Source: Vicugna vicugna
Lineage: Eukaryota
NCBI GenBank assembly: GCA_013265495.1
Contig: MU058065.1
Coordinates: 5,120,976 to 5,184,975 of the forward strand
Length of the DNA: 64,000 nucleotides
Reading direction: 5' to 3'
Below the pieces are notes generated by a model. That model was not told the DNA's origin. It ran no database searches and was given only the letters and a program-made list of their open reading frames with translations. The number at the start of each line of letters is the position of its first letter. The first letter of the stretch is position 1. Positions 24,626 through 37,430 of this stretch are shown one piece after another. The translations under genes and the position numbers were made by a program.

Positions 24626-27600
24626 AACAGTTGAAGACTGAAATTGTCAGTCTTCTCTCCCAGGTCAGGGACAAGGGGCATCACACATGGTTTAAAAACC
24701 AAGACTCGTAACTTTCACATTCTTCAAGACTGACATTTGAGACTGAGCAAAGAATTTTCAACTCTGGTGTTCTGTAACTCCTTCAGGGAGCTCTTCTAAA
24801 AAGATATACTGTTACTGCGCCAGTTTGCATCACCATTTGGTTTAATTATTATTCGTAATTGGGAAATAATTAGATAAAACGATGATGTAAACCCCAGTGG
24901 AAAATTGACATCTCTTAAGAACTCTAATGTTTTCCGTCACTTAAAAGGAATGGGATATGACTTAGTGGAGGAAAAAAAACTAATTAGAAAAGCAGACACA
25001 TCTTCTCCCTCTCCTCATATTTCAGGCATGCTGGCAAGTACTCAAAATGATCAGAGAGTGGCCTATTTCTCAAGGACCCCAGGAGAGCATGATCATTTAA
25101 ATCATCATCTCAGGAAAGTGCCTTGAGCACTTGTCTTTGCCTTCTTGTGATCTTTGGTCAGGAGAGAGAACTTGGCTCTCCAGACTGGCGTGGCCACGCA
25201 AAATACTGGCTGAAGGAAAACCGAGGTCACATATACACCAAAGTGAATCCAGCCAAGTTAGGATTCCTGCCCAGAGAAACACATTCAAGCAAAATGAGGA
25301 GACAGAAATGCTTCATGCTGCTGCTACCCCCATCCCCCAGCAAAAGGAAAACAAGACTCCATCCAGGACACAAATAGGCTTTCGGAAAAGTTTGACAACA
25401 CAAGATGAGAAAGAAGTATTCAGATGTTCAGATGTGGGCTTAGCAACCATGGCTGATCTCAAGCTTCTGAAACGAAGGTTCTAGAGTTGAAAAGACATGC
25501 ATAAAATCTACTTTGAGAGTCAGTTCTAGCACACACCACTGCACCATCTGCTAATTTTTCCATCTTTGAAATGGATCTATGTTAGGTCCTATCTTCTTAG
25601 GTTCGAACTCTTTGAGCATCGCAATCAACTTGCCTGTGTTCCTATGTGATTTCCTGAGTTTCTCCTGCTCCTCCCAGGAAACATCTGGAAACAAGAAGGG
25701 CACATTGACCCCTTCACTCTCTTATTACATCTTTACTAGTCACAAGATGAATGGGAAATGGAAGAATAAATCAACTTAAATCTATCTCCTCCTTCTAAAG
25801 TAACAAGTAAAAACTTTTGCTTAGCTAAGGGTGGGTTAACATTATTAGGTTCAAAACAGCAAACAGTCTGTTGCCTTTTCTTTAATACACTAGATATGAA
25901 AAAAATGTACTCAAGAAGTCTTTTGGGACATTGTGGAAATCCTTTTATTCGTAAAAATTCTGTTTATAGTTTTTAGTTTATGCTATTCAGTGTAGAATAT
26001 TTGGAAACAAACAGTACAATATTTGGGTTTTCTTTTTCCTCTTCAGTAATTCTTTTGCAATTAGTGTCATGGATTCTTTCAAAATCAAGAGAAAAATATT
26101 TTAAGAGTGTTTTTGTTCCTTCTTTGTTGAAACATGGTTTAATGTTTATTATCATAATTTTGATTGCTATTGAACCACCTCATGTGATGTACTTCGAACT
26201 TTGTGAGCAATTATTTGGCTTACGCTCATGATTTGTGCATTAATACCATTCAAGGTTATGCAGTAACAATCTGAAATTATCATAATAAACACTGAACCAC
26301 ATTTCAACAAAATATGATAAACTCTTATGAGGTTTTTTAATCTTTTCATTAACAAAGCATCTTATGCTTCAGTGACACTTTAATTACCAAGAAATTACTC
26401 AAGAAAATATGTAGTTATTTCTAGTAATTGACAGTGACTCTATATGTAACACTTCTTTATGTTAAAATAATTGCTAAAATGTGACCTTTTTTCCCCCAGG
26501 CTTGTGGTTTAATTGATTGTATTCTGTTTTTCAAATAAAAAGGTAATAAAAATATCATCACTGAAGTACATAAGTGATTCCAATTCAACTGAAGACTGTT
26601 TTAGTGATCTCAAAAACAACTTTTGATAATGACCAGTGTTGATTAAATTATCTTGATAAATTTAGGGTGATTATTTCAATTTATCCATTTACCCAATGTA
26701 CTATAACATTTTCTTTCCCATAAAGGCTTTGCCAGTCATTCCAAAACCTCATGTATATTGCGAAGAACATTCCCTAAGTGGCTATTCAAAAAATCAGAAC
26801 CCTTTGCTTATATACGAACATTCATTAAAGAAAAGGGAAAAGCTCTTCTCTCAAAAACTAAAGCCACTCTTGGGATAAAATTATTTTGATCCCTCCTAGC
26901 TTTAAAATTTCAATACTATATGATTCTATAAAATCTCTTCCTAACTTAGACACATTATTTAAACAAACAAACAAAAACCAAAAGTCCAAATGTGTCCATC
27001 TCCCTGCTTCCTATTTTTTCACCTGACAAGTTTGGTCTAGCGAGAGCCTTAACTCAAGGACCAGATATTACACAACTCCTTCCATAAACCTCTGCTTTTT
27101 CTTTTTCCCCCACTGCTCCTTTCCTTCTCTTAGTCCGGACGAAAGAACTACCGGATAAGTCTTTGTCAAAACACACTGTCCCTTTTGAAACTGACCGGCA
27201 TGGGGGATTTTATTTTAACCAACGGTATACAACCAGGACCCACACAATGGCACAGTATCAATGTAGTTTAATTTGAACAAACATCATTACAGATTCCACA
27301 CAGCAGAGAGGGGCTGAACATTTTTTAAAACCCTGGACACTGCAGGACACAGACATTTTCTTGTATGTTTCTATCTTCTTTGCAAAATCACTCTCAGGGT
27401 CGTTCTCCTATGAAAATTTTAGAACGCACACAGGTCTAAAACCAGAGTAATAAAAGCCTGACATGTATGCTCTGTGATCTCTGGGAGGCTATTTGGGGAA
27501 CTACAGACGCCTAATGATTTGGTGAAATCACTTGGAGGCGTGGTCGGGAGGAACCGAGGATAAGGTGAGCAGTGGGTCCTTGGCACCTCGGCTGTTATTC

Positions 27601-29069
27601 AACCAGAGATGCTCTGAATTTATCTATTACACATGTTGGGGTTTTCTGGTTGACTGTAATTTGAAGAAAGCCTTCATTCTCTCTTAGTCTATAGACTAGG
27701 AAGCGGCGTTGCTGTGGGTACAACTGATTTGCCCTGAGTCAAACACTGGCCCGATGGCAGTGCCAGGTCCCGAGTACAACACAACTGACTCTCTATCTAG
27801 TGCTCCTTTTCGTAGAAGATGTCTCTATCTTGAGACAGAAAAGGCCTCCAGTGTTTTGATTAATAGTCTATGGACTTTAGAGCTATCCCCATGTTTCCTC
27901 AGAGGGATAAACTCCGCCAGGGAGAGATCTAAGGCCACAAGCATTACTCAACAAAAACACTGGCCCTGAATCAGGACTCAGCTTAATGCAATGTGCCAGG
28001 GCATGTAATAGAATCCTCCCTCTCTTCATCCAGCATCCAGACAATTAGCCAGCTATGCCCTTGGGAGACTATTACTCCGCATATGCGATGTCTAGATACA
28101 GAGCAGGGGTGACTGCTCCTTAGGGAGACGCCGCTATTCACTGGCTGAACGTTTCAGCGCCACCTCTCACAGCTCCAGTGGGTTTAACAAGGACGACAGC
28201 CAGGTCTCGTGCATTCTCGTTCAGTTCTCTCTTGTATATACTGGGTGGCTCCTTCCTTCCCATCCCATTCACTGCAGAAATCATCTTCTCCTTCCCCTTT
28301 GCTGACGGAGAACGTTTTTTCAGTGGAATGGGAAGCCTGAAAGCATAATGCTTTCGGAATAATTTTTTCCAGTGTTTGTTTTCCACTCATCTCAATACAT
28401 TTTAAGTTTGATGGCAAGAGAGGGCTTTCTGTTTCACTATGCGTCACTCAACGCATCCCGCGAGCTTTTTACATTCTCAGCGCTCTGTCCTTCTTCTGAC
28501 CTTAAACTTTCTCCCTGCCCGGAAAGAAAGCTTTTCATGAGAACTGACAAAGCCCTACAAGCTGAGTTGGACAATGAGACAAGCAGTGAATAGGGCAGAT
28601 TATTGTCGGAGGAAATGGCAACTTCCTCATCAAAAATCATTTGTTCAACATAAAACCCAGGAGCCTACTGCAAGCTAACAGACTTGCTCCCCGACCGCCA
28701 GCAGATCCATAAATTCTTAGGAATATATAATTTCTCAGGAGCACAGAACAAGAGTGGCACTTGTAGGTTTCAAGGACTTTACTTCTCTTTGCATTAGACA
28801 TATCCTCCCCCTGTGTCCAGCCTGGACACGTCCTCAACTGCTTTCAGACCAAGCTCAGAGGGAGCCCATCAGCTGGAGCAAAACCACTGACCCCTTCTGC
28901 TACTTCTGGTTGGAATTCTACTTAAGAGACCCTAAAAGCAGCACACACACAAAGAAAGGAAAACCAGCCTGTCCTGAGCACCAGTGGCTGGCAAGCTCCT
29001 CCTGAGCCATTGATTGGCTGTAGGATACCGTCTGCTGACAATTCACCAAGGGACCCAAGAATGGTGCTT

Positions 29070-29340
29070 AACTTGCTAAGAAGAGCACCATGCCCTCATC
29101 TTTAAAACAGGACCCAAAACTGCACCTCCCTGCATGGAACTGTTGTGACATTTAAGCAAGATAAGGAGTATCAAGTGATTGATCCAGCACTGAGCCAAAT
29201 CTGACATTCAGTAAATGTCACCAATTAGTATTATGTGTCCTTTAATCCTCTGAACAACCTTGTGAAGAGAGCATTATTCCCATTTCACAGATGAGCACAA
29301 TGAGGCACAGACCATAAAGGAACTTGTACACATAAGCTTT
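29070..29340. mobile_element. Two MIR fragments in opposite orientation
   Basis: CCCTCATCTTTAAAACAGG (+), then TTTAATCCTC..ATTCCCATTTCACAGATGAG (-). Confidence 0.7.
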
Positions 29341-30169
29341 GCTGCTCGTGGCACCCCGTTCTTCTTGTGGGTGGCAGCCTCTCTACAGACATTCAGACTC
29401 CTGTGATTTTTTTTGATAAATGAGCAGAAGTGTGATGCAGTTAAACCTAGGTCTACCCTTGTGCTGTGGGGTCTCACTCCACCCTCGGCAGGAGGGGACT
29501 GCTCAGCCCTGGCATCAAAGGGAAACTTAAGAGAAGACGAAGTCTCCCCAGGCCACCTACAGCGGGCTTTCCCAGCCAAGGGCTTGTGGAGCAAAACCCC
29601 TCCAGTGCCCATAAGACTCCAAAACCCCCACCAAGGGGGTCACCAGGCTGTAATTGTTTCTCCTTTAATTGTCCATCTAGTGTGAACAGAGTCCAGGTTT
29701 GGGCCAGCGTACTTCAAATAACACCCAAGTTATTGTTCCAGATATCGTGGTTCAGTTATTTCCAGTGAGCAAGGACAGACTGTAATATTTAAGTTCCAGG
29801 TTCACTGTAAACAAAGAAAATCCATCAGAAGCAGGATATCTTAAGAAAAATCCTTTCCAGGCTTTTACTACTGGCTGCAAAGGATAAAAACCTTTCAGTT
29901 GCTGATGGCTTGGTGTCCCGATCGGTACACATTTACAGTGAGGAGACTGATTTGTTCCGGTGAAGGCTTATACAGCCTCTGAAGCAGCCCATTGAAACAG
30001 TGGGTGTTAAATGTGTGTGTGGATGTCTGAAGCCCTTCAGTGTCACCCGGCTTAGCCTCTAGATCCAACACAGCACCAGAGAGACGAGATGTTCTTAGAA
30101 GGTCACCCCCAGATGTCTGAGCTCTTGACTACTCAATGGATGTTTATCAAGCAACTGCTTCCATATTAA

Positions 30170-30890
30170 AAGCCCTGAGTTAGAAGACCAGGGACTTGAC
30201 TTCCTCCTAATCTTACATATGCAGTATGGGCTCTTGGTTAATGGCCTAACCTCTTTGTGCCTCTCTTCAGCCATCTGTAAAATGGGAACAATGACTGTCC
30301 TTATCTTTCAGGATTTATATTTTTCAGGTTTCTTCACAAAAAATAGAACTAGTAGGATTAGGATTTAGACAGATAGATACACAGACAGACAGACAGATAC
30401 ACACACATATACACACACAAAGAGATTAAGAAATTGGTTCACACAATTGTGGGAACTGGCAAGTTCAAAATCTGTAGGGCAAATCAGTAGTCTAGAAATT
30501 CAAGTAAGAGTTGATGTTTCAGTTTTGAGTCCAAATTTCATAGGGCAATGGGCTGGATGTCTATATTGCAGTCTTAAGGCAGAATTACTTCTTTGGGAAA
30601 CCTTAATCCAATATACTCTTAAGGCCTTCAAATGATTGGATGAGACTCACCCAGATTTTGGAGAGTAATCTGCTCTACTTAAAGTCAACTGATTGTAAAT
30701 TAATCATATCCACAAATATTTTCACAGCAACATCTAGGTTAGTGTTTGGCCAAACAATTGGGCACCATAATCTGGCCAAGTTACACAAAATTAACCATCA
30801 CAAGGCCATTTTAAAGTTCACATCAAGTGAGATCATATACAGGATAGGAATTTCAAATATATAAAGAGCTGCACAAATATTAGTTTTTTT
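30170..30890 (+). mobile_element. MIR split by an MLT2 insertion
   Basis: Core CATCTGTAAAATGGGAACAATGA before 30315; MIR tail (ATCAAGTGAGATCATA) after 30803. Confidence 0.7.
30316..30802 (-). mobile_element. MLT2 (MLT2D-like) ERVL solo LTR
   Basis: AATTGGTTCACACAATTGTGG, GATTGGATGAGACTCACCC, CACAGCAACATCTAG, AAATTAACCATCACA. Confidence 0.88.
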
Positions 30891-31400
30891 TAAAATAAAC
30901 ATTGAACCGCTGTGTCGCATGAAGAATGTGAAGATGAATAAATCAAAGGTCTGCCCTCAAATCGCTTACCATCTAATTGAGATGCCAAGATTCACAGGGA
31001 GTGAAGTGCTAAAAGGCTGCCTGAGGAAATGTTGAAGGAACAGTGTGAAAACAGAGCCATCCATGGGTCAGAGAGGTTGCTAATGGCCACAGGATCCCAG
31101 GGAGCCCCTCTGAAAGAGCCTCTTCCCCAGAAAGGCCCTTCCAAGCTACTCACTCCATCCTCATGCAAATTATCACTCTCTCCCATGACACTTTACTCTT
31201 TTTCTCCTTTGTAATATATTGTAACACATGATTATTCATTTGCTTGCACGTCTCACTGTCTAACAGTGTTCTCACCCATATTAAAATTCTATGAGAGCAA
31301 GGAGGTCCTATTTCTTGTTGTCACCATTATCCCCCCAGCATTTAACACAGTGCTTAACACGTGATGGGTTTACAAATTATAGTCTGTGAATGTTTGAGTA
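30890..31400. mobile_element. L2 fragments (- to ~31000, + from ~31100)
   Basis: CTGCCCTCAAATCGCTTACCATCTA (-); CTATGAGAGCAAGGA..CCAGCATTTAACACAGTGCTTAACAC (+). Confidence 0.65.
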
Positions 31401-31545
31401 AACATTATACATATCACCAAGTTTTCTCTATAGCAAAATTTTACCAACTTTTAATTATGAAAAAGCCCCCACACACAGAAACATTGAAAATTGTACCATA
31501 CACAGCCATATATGCACTACCTAAATTCAATTGTTAATATTTTTC

Positions 31546-31846
31546 CAAAACTATGTTGAATTAAAGTGGCATGAGTAAGCATCCTTGTCTTGTTCCTGAT
31601 CTTAGAGGAAATGCCTCAGCTTTTTACCACTGACTGATGTTAGCTGTGGGTTTGTCATGTGGCCTTTATTATGTTGAGGTACGGTCCCTATGTGCCTGCT
31701 TTCTGGAGAGTTTTTATCATAAGTGGATGTTGGGTTTTATCAAGAGCTTTTTCTGCATCTATTGAGATGATCATAAGGTTTTTATTTTTCAGTGTGTTAA
31801 TATGGTGTATCACGTTGATTGATCTGCAGATACTAAAATATCCTGA
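31546..31846 (-). mobile_element. Internal L1 ORF2 (RT region) fragment
   Basis: GCATCCTTGTCTTGTTCCTGATCTTAGAGGAAA and TTTTCTGCATCTATTGAGATGATCAT (antisense of [10 protein letters not shown]); no 3'UTR or poly(A). Confidence 0.9.
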
Positions 31847-31907
31847 TATTTAAAGCTCTTTTATTTTATTAACCAATATCTAATCGAGATTCTGGAAATA
31901 CTTCTAA

Positions 31908-31945
31908 ACACACACACACACACAGACACACAGACACACAGACAT

Positions 31946-31976
<31 letters not shown>
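31908..31976. repeat. Compound (CA)n microsatellite
   Basis: Direct reading. Confidence 0.95.
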
Positions 31977-33387
31977 TATTACAATTTGTTTTTTCATATC
32001 TGAGGTCTTAAAGAACTAGTCCAATTGTTTTGTAGAATGTTCTATGTTCTGGACTTGTCTGCCTGTTTCCTTTTGGTTCATTTAACTTGTTCCTCCAGGT
32101 CCCTTATAGCCTGAAAACTAGAAGTTAGGCTTTAAAGTTTGATTAGATTAGGTTAAACTTATTTTCTGAGAATAACTGATAGGCGATGCTTCTTAGGTCA
32201 TATTGTATCTTATCGGGGACACACACATTTGTAGTATGTTCACCATTTGGAGTGCCAGGATTAACCATGTGATCAAGATTATGACTGTCTGATCCGTCTA
32301 TTATATATTGGTGTGTATTTTCCCCTTTGTATGAGCAGGAACTCATCCAAGCAAATTTTTAAAAATGTATTTATAATTGAAATCCGAGTTAAATTCCTTT
32401 CTATGGGACTTACTATTCAAAAAGCTAGTTTATTTGTAGAACTTCTTTATTCCTTTCCTTTTGGAGGGAGGATGACTGCATGGGGTCGGGTGGGAGGGAG
32501 TCTTCAATTACCTTTGCAGAAAATGTTGCTTAGCTTAAAATCAAGTCTCCATGAATTTTGAAATAAAAGCATCCCCTCCATATATTTTAAGAGACAGCAT
32601 TTTGTACAAATCTTTACAGCATTTTTCACTCAGCATTAATTACATATATCAACTTTTCATCCTTCCTGAAAACTGGCATTATTTATGAAACTCACAAGAA
32701 AAGACACAATTAATCTTTATGATTCATTGTTTCGCCTGCAAAGAACTAAGGCATACACAGAGTTGAATTTTTTTCCCCTACTGGGGTTGTATAATTGGGT
32801 TAAATCAGTGCTACTCAATTCAGTGTAGCTTTGCTGGTAGAGGCAGTGTGCTGGGGGTACTCCATAAACGTGGAGCATCATTTTTTCTTAATTGTAAGTA
32901 ATTTAAAACATCTCTATATACCAAAATAAATGCATACATATTACAGAATGAAATGCAAAGTTCACATGAATTTAAAGATAGAACATAAAGCCACCTCAAG
33001 TAAGCTACCATTACTCCCTGTATTTCCTGTGACTCCCCACGCCCTCCCCACACACGCCCAGCCCACTGATGGACACTCTTCTCTGCGCTTTGAAGCTCTA
33101 GGTTAATTAAAGCACCTAGCTAACCTGCCAGCAAAAACTTAAAACAGCAAAAACAAACTTCTTCTGAAAGATTCACCTAAGATTTCCAACAGCCGCTCTC
33201 TCCAACCTCACCCTCTGTCAGATAAACATTCAGTGTGGGAACTGGAGATGCGGCTTCAGGGGACCCCACCCCTGTTCAATGACACAACGCAGTAGTCACT
33301 TACCTTCCTGGGCTCCCACGCCCAGGCAGGACGCCTCTCATGCCTCGTGTCTGCACCTTCCTTTCTCCTACACTCCATCTTTTCCTT

Positions 33388-33610
33388 AACAAACATTTAT
33401 AAAGGACTTACTGTGAGCCAGCCACCTTTCCAAGCACTGGATTAGTAATGATCCTCTTCACATCAACCCTGTATAGTAGGTTCTAATGTCATCACCATGT
33501 TACCGATGAGGAGGGTAAAGCACAAAAGAGGTGACTTGCCCATCACAGCTAGGGACCACGGGAGCCGTGGTTTTAAACCAGGCAGCCTGGCATTTTAACT
33601 ACAGCACCTT
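33388..33610 (-). mobile_element. MIR SINE
   Basis: AACATTTAT..CTTACTGTGAGCCAG, GATGAGGAG, GTGACTTGCCC, AACCAGGCAGCCTGG. Confidence 0.75.
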
Positions 33611-33659
33611 GCCCAGGGCTTTGTCCATAGGACCCCAAATAATGTGTCTGATGATTTTG

Positions 33660-34830
33660 TTAACATAGCAAGAAAATCTGGAGTTATCTTTGATCCCTCC
33701 TCCCGCCTTATATTCAAGTAATCACCAAGTTCACGAATGCCTTGAATAGTTCTCTTCCTTACACCTCACTGCTCCTACTCCAGGACATGGCCAGAGCTTC
33801 TTATTGGGTGTTTTTGGTCTTCATTTCCTCCCTTCCTCCAATCCAGCCTTCGTACCCTTGCTAGAATTGTCCTCCAAAGCACAACTCTGATCACGCCAAT
33901 CTCTTCCCCACAAACCTTCTATAACTCCTCTTTGCTTACAAAATAAAATCCACATTTTGCTAACGGCATTCAAGACCCTAACCTACCTTTCCAGGTTTAT
34001 CTTCCTCTACACTACACACCTTACCCTGCACTTAGAATAGATCAGTAATTCTCAGATGTTTCGGTCTCAGGACCCCTTTTAACATGTGAAAACTATCGAA
34101 GACCCTCAAGTTTTTGCTTTCCTTTTCAAATCACACTGTTCTCAATATTGTTGACAGTGCTATTTTGAGAAACAGCCCAGCACACCCTCCCAGAGTTAGT
34201 GGTTCAGTGGATTGTGTCTGTCAGTACTTACCATGTTAAAAATCAAACAGAAAATTTTAAAACACTGTAGCATTAGTGTTTAAATAAAAATGAATTTGCT
34301 ATATGCTAATATAAATAACACATTACTAAAAAACCTATATTTTCTGAAATAAAAATATATTGAGTGAAAAGAGTGGTGTTATTTTACACTTTGACAAATC
34401 TCTCTAACAGCTAGTTTCATGGAGGACAGGTAGATTCTCATATCTGTTTTTGCATCTAAGCTCTTGAAATACCATACATCATATGGGCTTCCAGAAAACT
34501 CCACTGTATCTTCATGAGAGAATGAAAGCAAAAAAGGTAAATAACATTTTAGCATTATCATGAGAAGACTGTGGGAACACCCAGGGGTCCCTGGACCACA
34601 CTATGAGAACCACTGCTTGAGGTAAATTACATCTTGCTTTTACACAAGTTCATCCTACCCTTGTGACATTTCTTCTCTTTAGAGTGCTCTTCCCCCTCAA
34701 TTTCTTCTTATTAAAACTCAACAATGTTCAAAGTGTCACTTTTTAGAGACTCTCCTCCATCTCTAATAAGAGTTCCTTCTTTTTCCGTGCTTCTGTAGTA
34801 CTTTGATTGTACCTTGACTTACACTTAAGA
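33660..34830 (+). mobile_element. L2 fragment split by a hAT element
   Basis: TCTGGAGTTATCTTTGA, CTCTGATCACGCC, ATAAAATCCA, GGCATTCAAGACCC; resumes after 34615. Confidence 0.7.
34043..34615 (-). mobile_element. hAT-Charlie non-autonomous element (MER119-like)
   Basis: Terminal inverted repeats CAGTAATTCTCA / TGAGAACCACTG; subterminal GGACCCC; body GAAAACTCCACTGTA..GAGAGAATGA. Confidence 0.8.
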
Positions 34831-37154
34831 TACTCAATCACCTGGGCAACAGTTATTGAGTGTCTGCTATGTTCTAAATGTGGGCAATGTCCAGCCTTCC
34901 TCCACTATCTTTTCCCGATCTGTTTCCCCTACATTAACACTTACTTTCAGCCCTGTCCTCCTCATGCCGACAACCAAAGCAATACATCCATGGTAGAATT
35001 TTAGGCACAGTATAGCAGTAAGGGGATTTTTTTTTTCAGACTCAGGGACCTTTCCATAGCTCTCAAATTACATCACATAAACTATCCGATTCTGCTATTA
35101 CTTAAGATCTCTACTATACTTAAACCACACTAAAATAGGTCCAATTCTCTTTAATAAGCAGAAAATTAAGACCAATTTATCTGATAAATGTTTATAAGGG
35201 TAAATGGAACCAATCTAGCCCTTGTCCAATACACCATTAATGTTCAATTTGACAAATAAGCTATCACATCAATTGTTGAAAAGTTTAAATCCCAGATGAG
35301 TGGGATGATCTTTGAGTCCCATGTTTCTATAACGCTAAGTTTCAGATAAGCATTAAGTATCTGAGCAAGGATCCCAAGTCTAGTAGTTATCTGTGTAGTA
35401 AGGATGCAACTTTAGACGTGACATTGGACATTTCATGCAGCTTCTTCCTCTAGACTAGAAGCCCCCTGAAACCAGAAACTAGGTCTTTTTGATCTCTGCA
35501 CACCATGTGGCACATACTAAGCACTCCATCATTATTCTGTTGAATAAATGGCTCCGTGGCAAAGAGTTATGTTAGGTCAACCCCAGAGTCCTTCTCTTAG
35601 GAGAGCACCTTGCCCACGGCCTGTGTGTGACTACCATTCACTGCATATTTGCTGTACACATGAATAAATAACTGAACAGTATGTATATACTATTATTATT
35701 TATTATATATAACATTATATAAAATATACATAATATAATATTATATATCTATATATCTGATTCACCTATGACTGAGACTTACCCTAGGCACCAGGTGTTG
35801 CAGTAATGACTAAGGTATGGTTCTGGCCCTCACAGAACTCAGCATTTAACCCAGTATTAGCTGTTAGGACAAACAGCCATGGAGAACACAGCACCTAAGT
35901 TCATAATTCTTTACCTGACTTGGAATGCCAGGATATTTGAAATTCTACCTCTGGCTAGCAAAATCCCTTTTATTTCTGCTTTTAATAGACACATAACTAA
36001 AGGCAAGGGCTAATGGGATGTCAGAACAGTGTCATCACAGCCCCTTAATTGATTTGAAGGTACTTCGTAACTATTCAAGGCAAAATGATGTTCTTCCTGA
36101 TGGGAGATATAGAATGTTCAATTTGCATCTCATCAGAAAATGAAAAAATTCCTTGGTTTCCTCTGCAAAGCACTAATGTCCTCAATACTGCTGACTGTGC
36201 TGTTTTGAGAACTAGCCAGCGTGCCTTCCACACAGCTAGAGAGTAAGAGGAAATATTGCCTCCCCAGGTGTCAGATTTCCTTTCTGTAATGGAAGGATGT
36301 GTGGGACAGCATTTCAAACATAGTCACAGAGGAAAAATGAGGCTGACAAGTAAGATGGATGAATGAGAGGGAAAACATGTGTTGAGAAGGAAGCTGTCAG
36401 GAGTACATCCCGTTTGTGCATCAGAAGTGTCCTAATTAAAAACGCCCATCATAAGAGACTTTGGGGAGGAAAGTAAAAAGGGAAGCCCAGTTCTCTGCAG
36501 TACAAGAGATCTCAGAGAAAAGGCTGGCTTGGGGCTCAACTGAACTGCCGTATTCACATCAGTGGCTGTATTCTGGCACCCAGAATATTAACTGCTTTTA
36601 TAACTCAATCCAGGAAATCTGCATCTTCATCCAGGATGCCTTTTGCTTTTAAAGAGTATCACAAATTCAGCTGAAATACAGAAGTTGGAGACACTGGGGT
36701 TTACTATGCAATTCGGGGCTCAGTTTTTCCAACTTCTCATCAATAATGATTTCCTTCTTTCCCATAATTGGTATCTTAAGCCTTCTAATGTTTACAGTGA
36801 CATTAGTCAATTCCCTAGATGCACTTGGCCAAATTAAATAAACGACTGCAGGGAAATTTATCTGTAGAACATGAATCTTAATGAGACTTCATTCCTATAA
36901 CTCTTACAGTAGATAAAGACTTGCAGAAACAGAGCCTAATCACCCATGAAGGCTGGGTAGACTTGAGCAGATAAGTGAGTATTCCTGATTCTCTTTTGCT
37001 TCTGGTATAACATGAAGGAACTGCATTAGATAATCACTGAGGTCTCTTCCACTCTGACCTTCAGACTCTAATCATTCTTCTCAAATGTGTATCCCCTTTC
37101 CTAGGAAGTGGTTTGGGGCCATTGTTAATGTGTGGTGGGTTTGTGATGCGAGAG

Positions 37155-37430
37155 AAACTGTGGTAGCTAAGAGTACGAGTCTCCTATTAATAGTAAGAGT
37201 CTCCTATCGCACTGCCCACGTGCAGGCTCGCCTCTGCTACTCACTAGCCGTGTGCCTTCAGTCAAGCTACCTAAGCCATCTCTGTCTCAGTTTCTTCGTC
37301 CATTACATAGAGATAACAGTTGTTCCGATTTCTCATACAGGTACTAAGATTAAATGAAATAACCAACACGAAATACTTGTTATAGTGCCTATGACAGAGT
37401 GAACATGCAACAAAGATTTGCTGACACGAT
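37155..37430 (+). mobile_element. MIR SINE
   Basis: CTCTGCTACTCACTAGCCGTGTGCCTT, CTCTGTCTCAGTTTCTTCGTC, AAGATTAAATGAAATAA. Confidence 0.85.

Larger units (their letters stand above)
31440..32350 (-). mobile_element. L1MC-like 3'UTR, interrupted
   Basis: TTTTAATTATGAAAA terminus; TTGTTTTGTAGAATGTTC..TTCTGGACTTGTCTG; TTTGATTAGATTAGGTTAAAC. Confidence 0.7.

Noticed and set aside
27125..27160. Hammerhead-like GTCCGGACGAAA
   Set aside because: No upstream CTGANGA core and no loop in stem II. CTGATGA at ~54423 likewise lacks the downstream GAAA.
27685..27698. Perfect 14-bp palindrome TAGTCTATAGACTA
   Set aside because: A few palindromes of this length are expected by chance in 64 kb.
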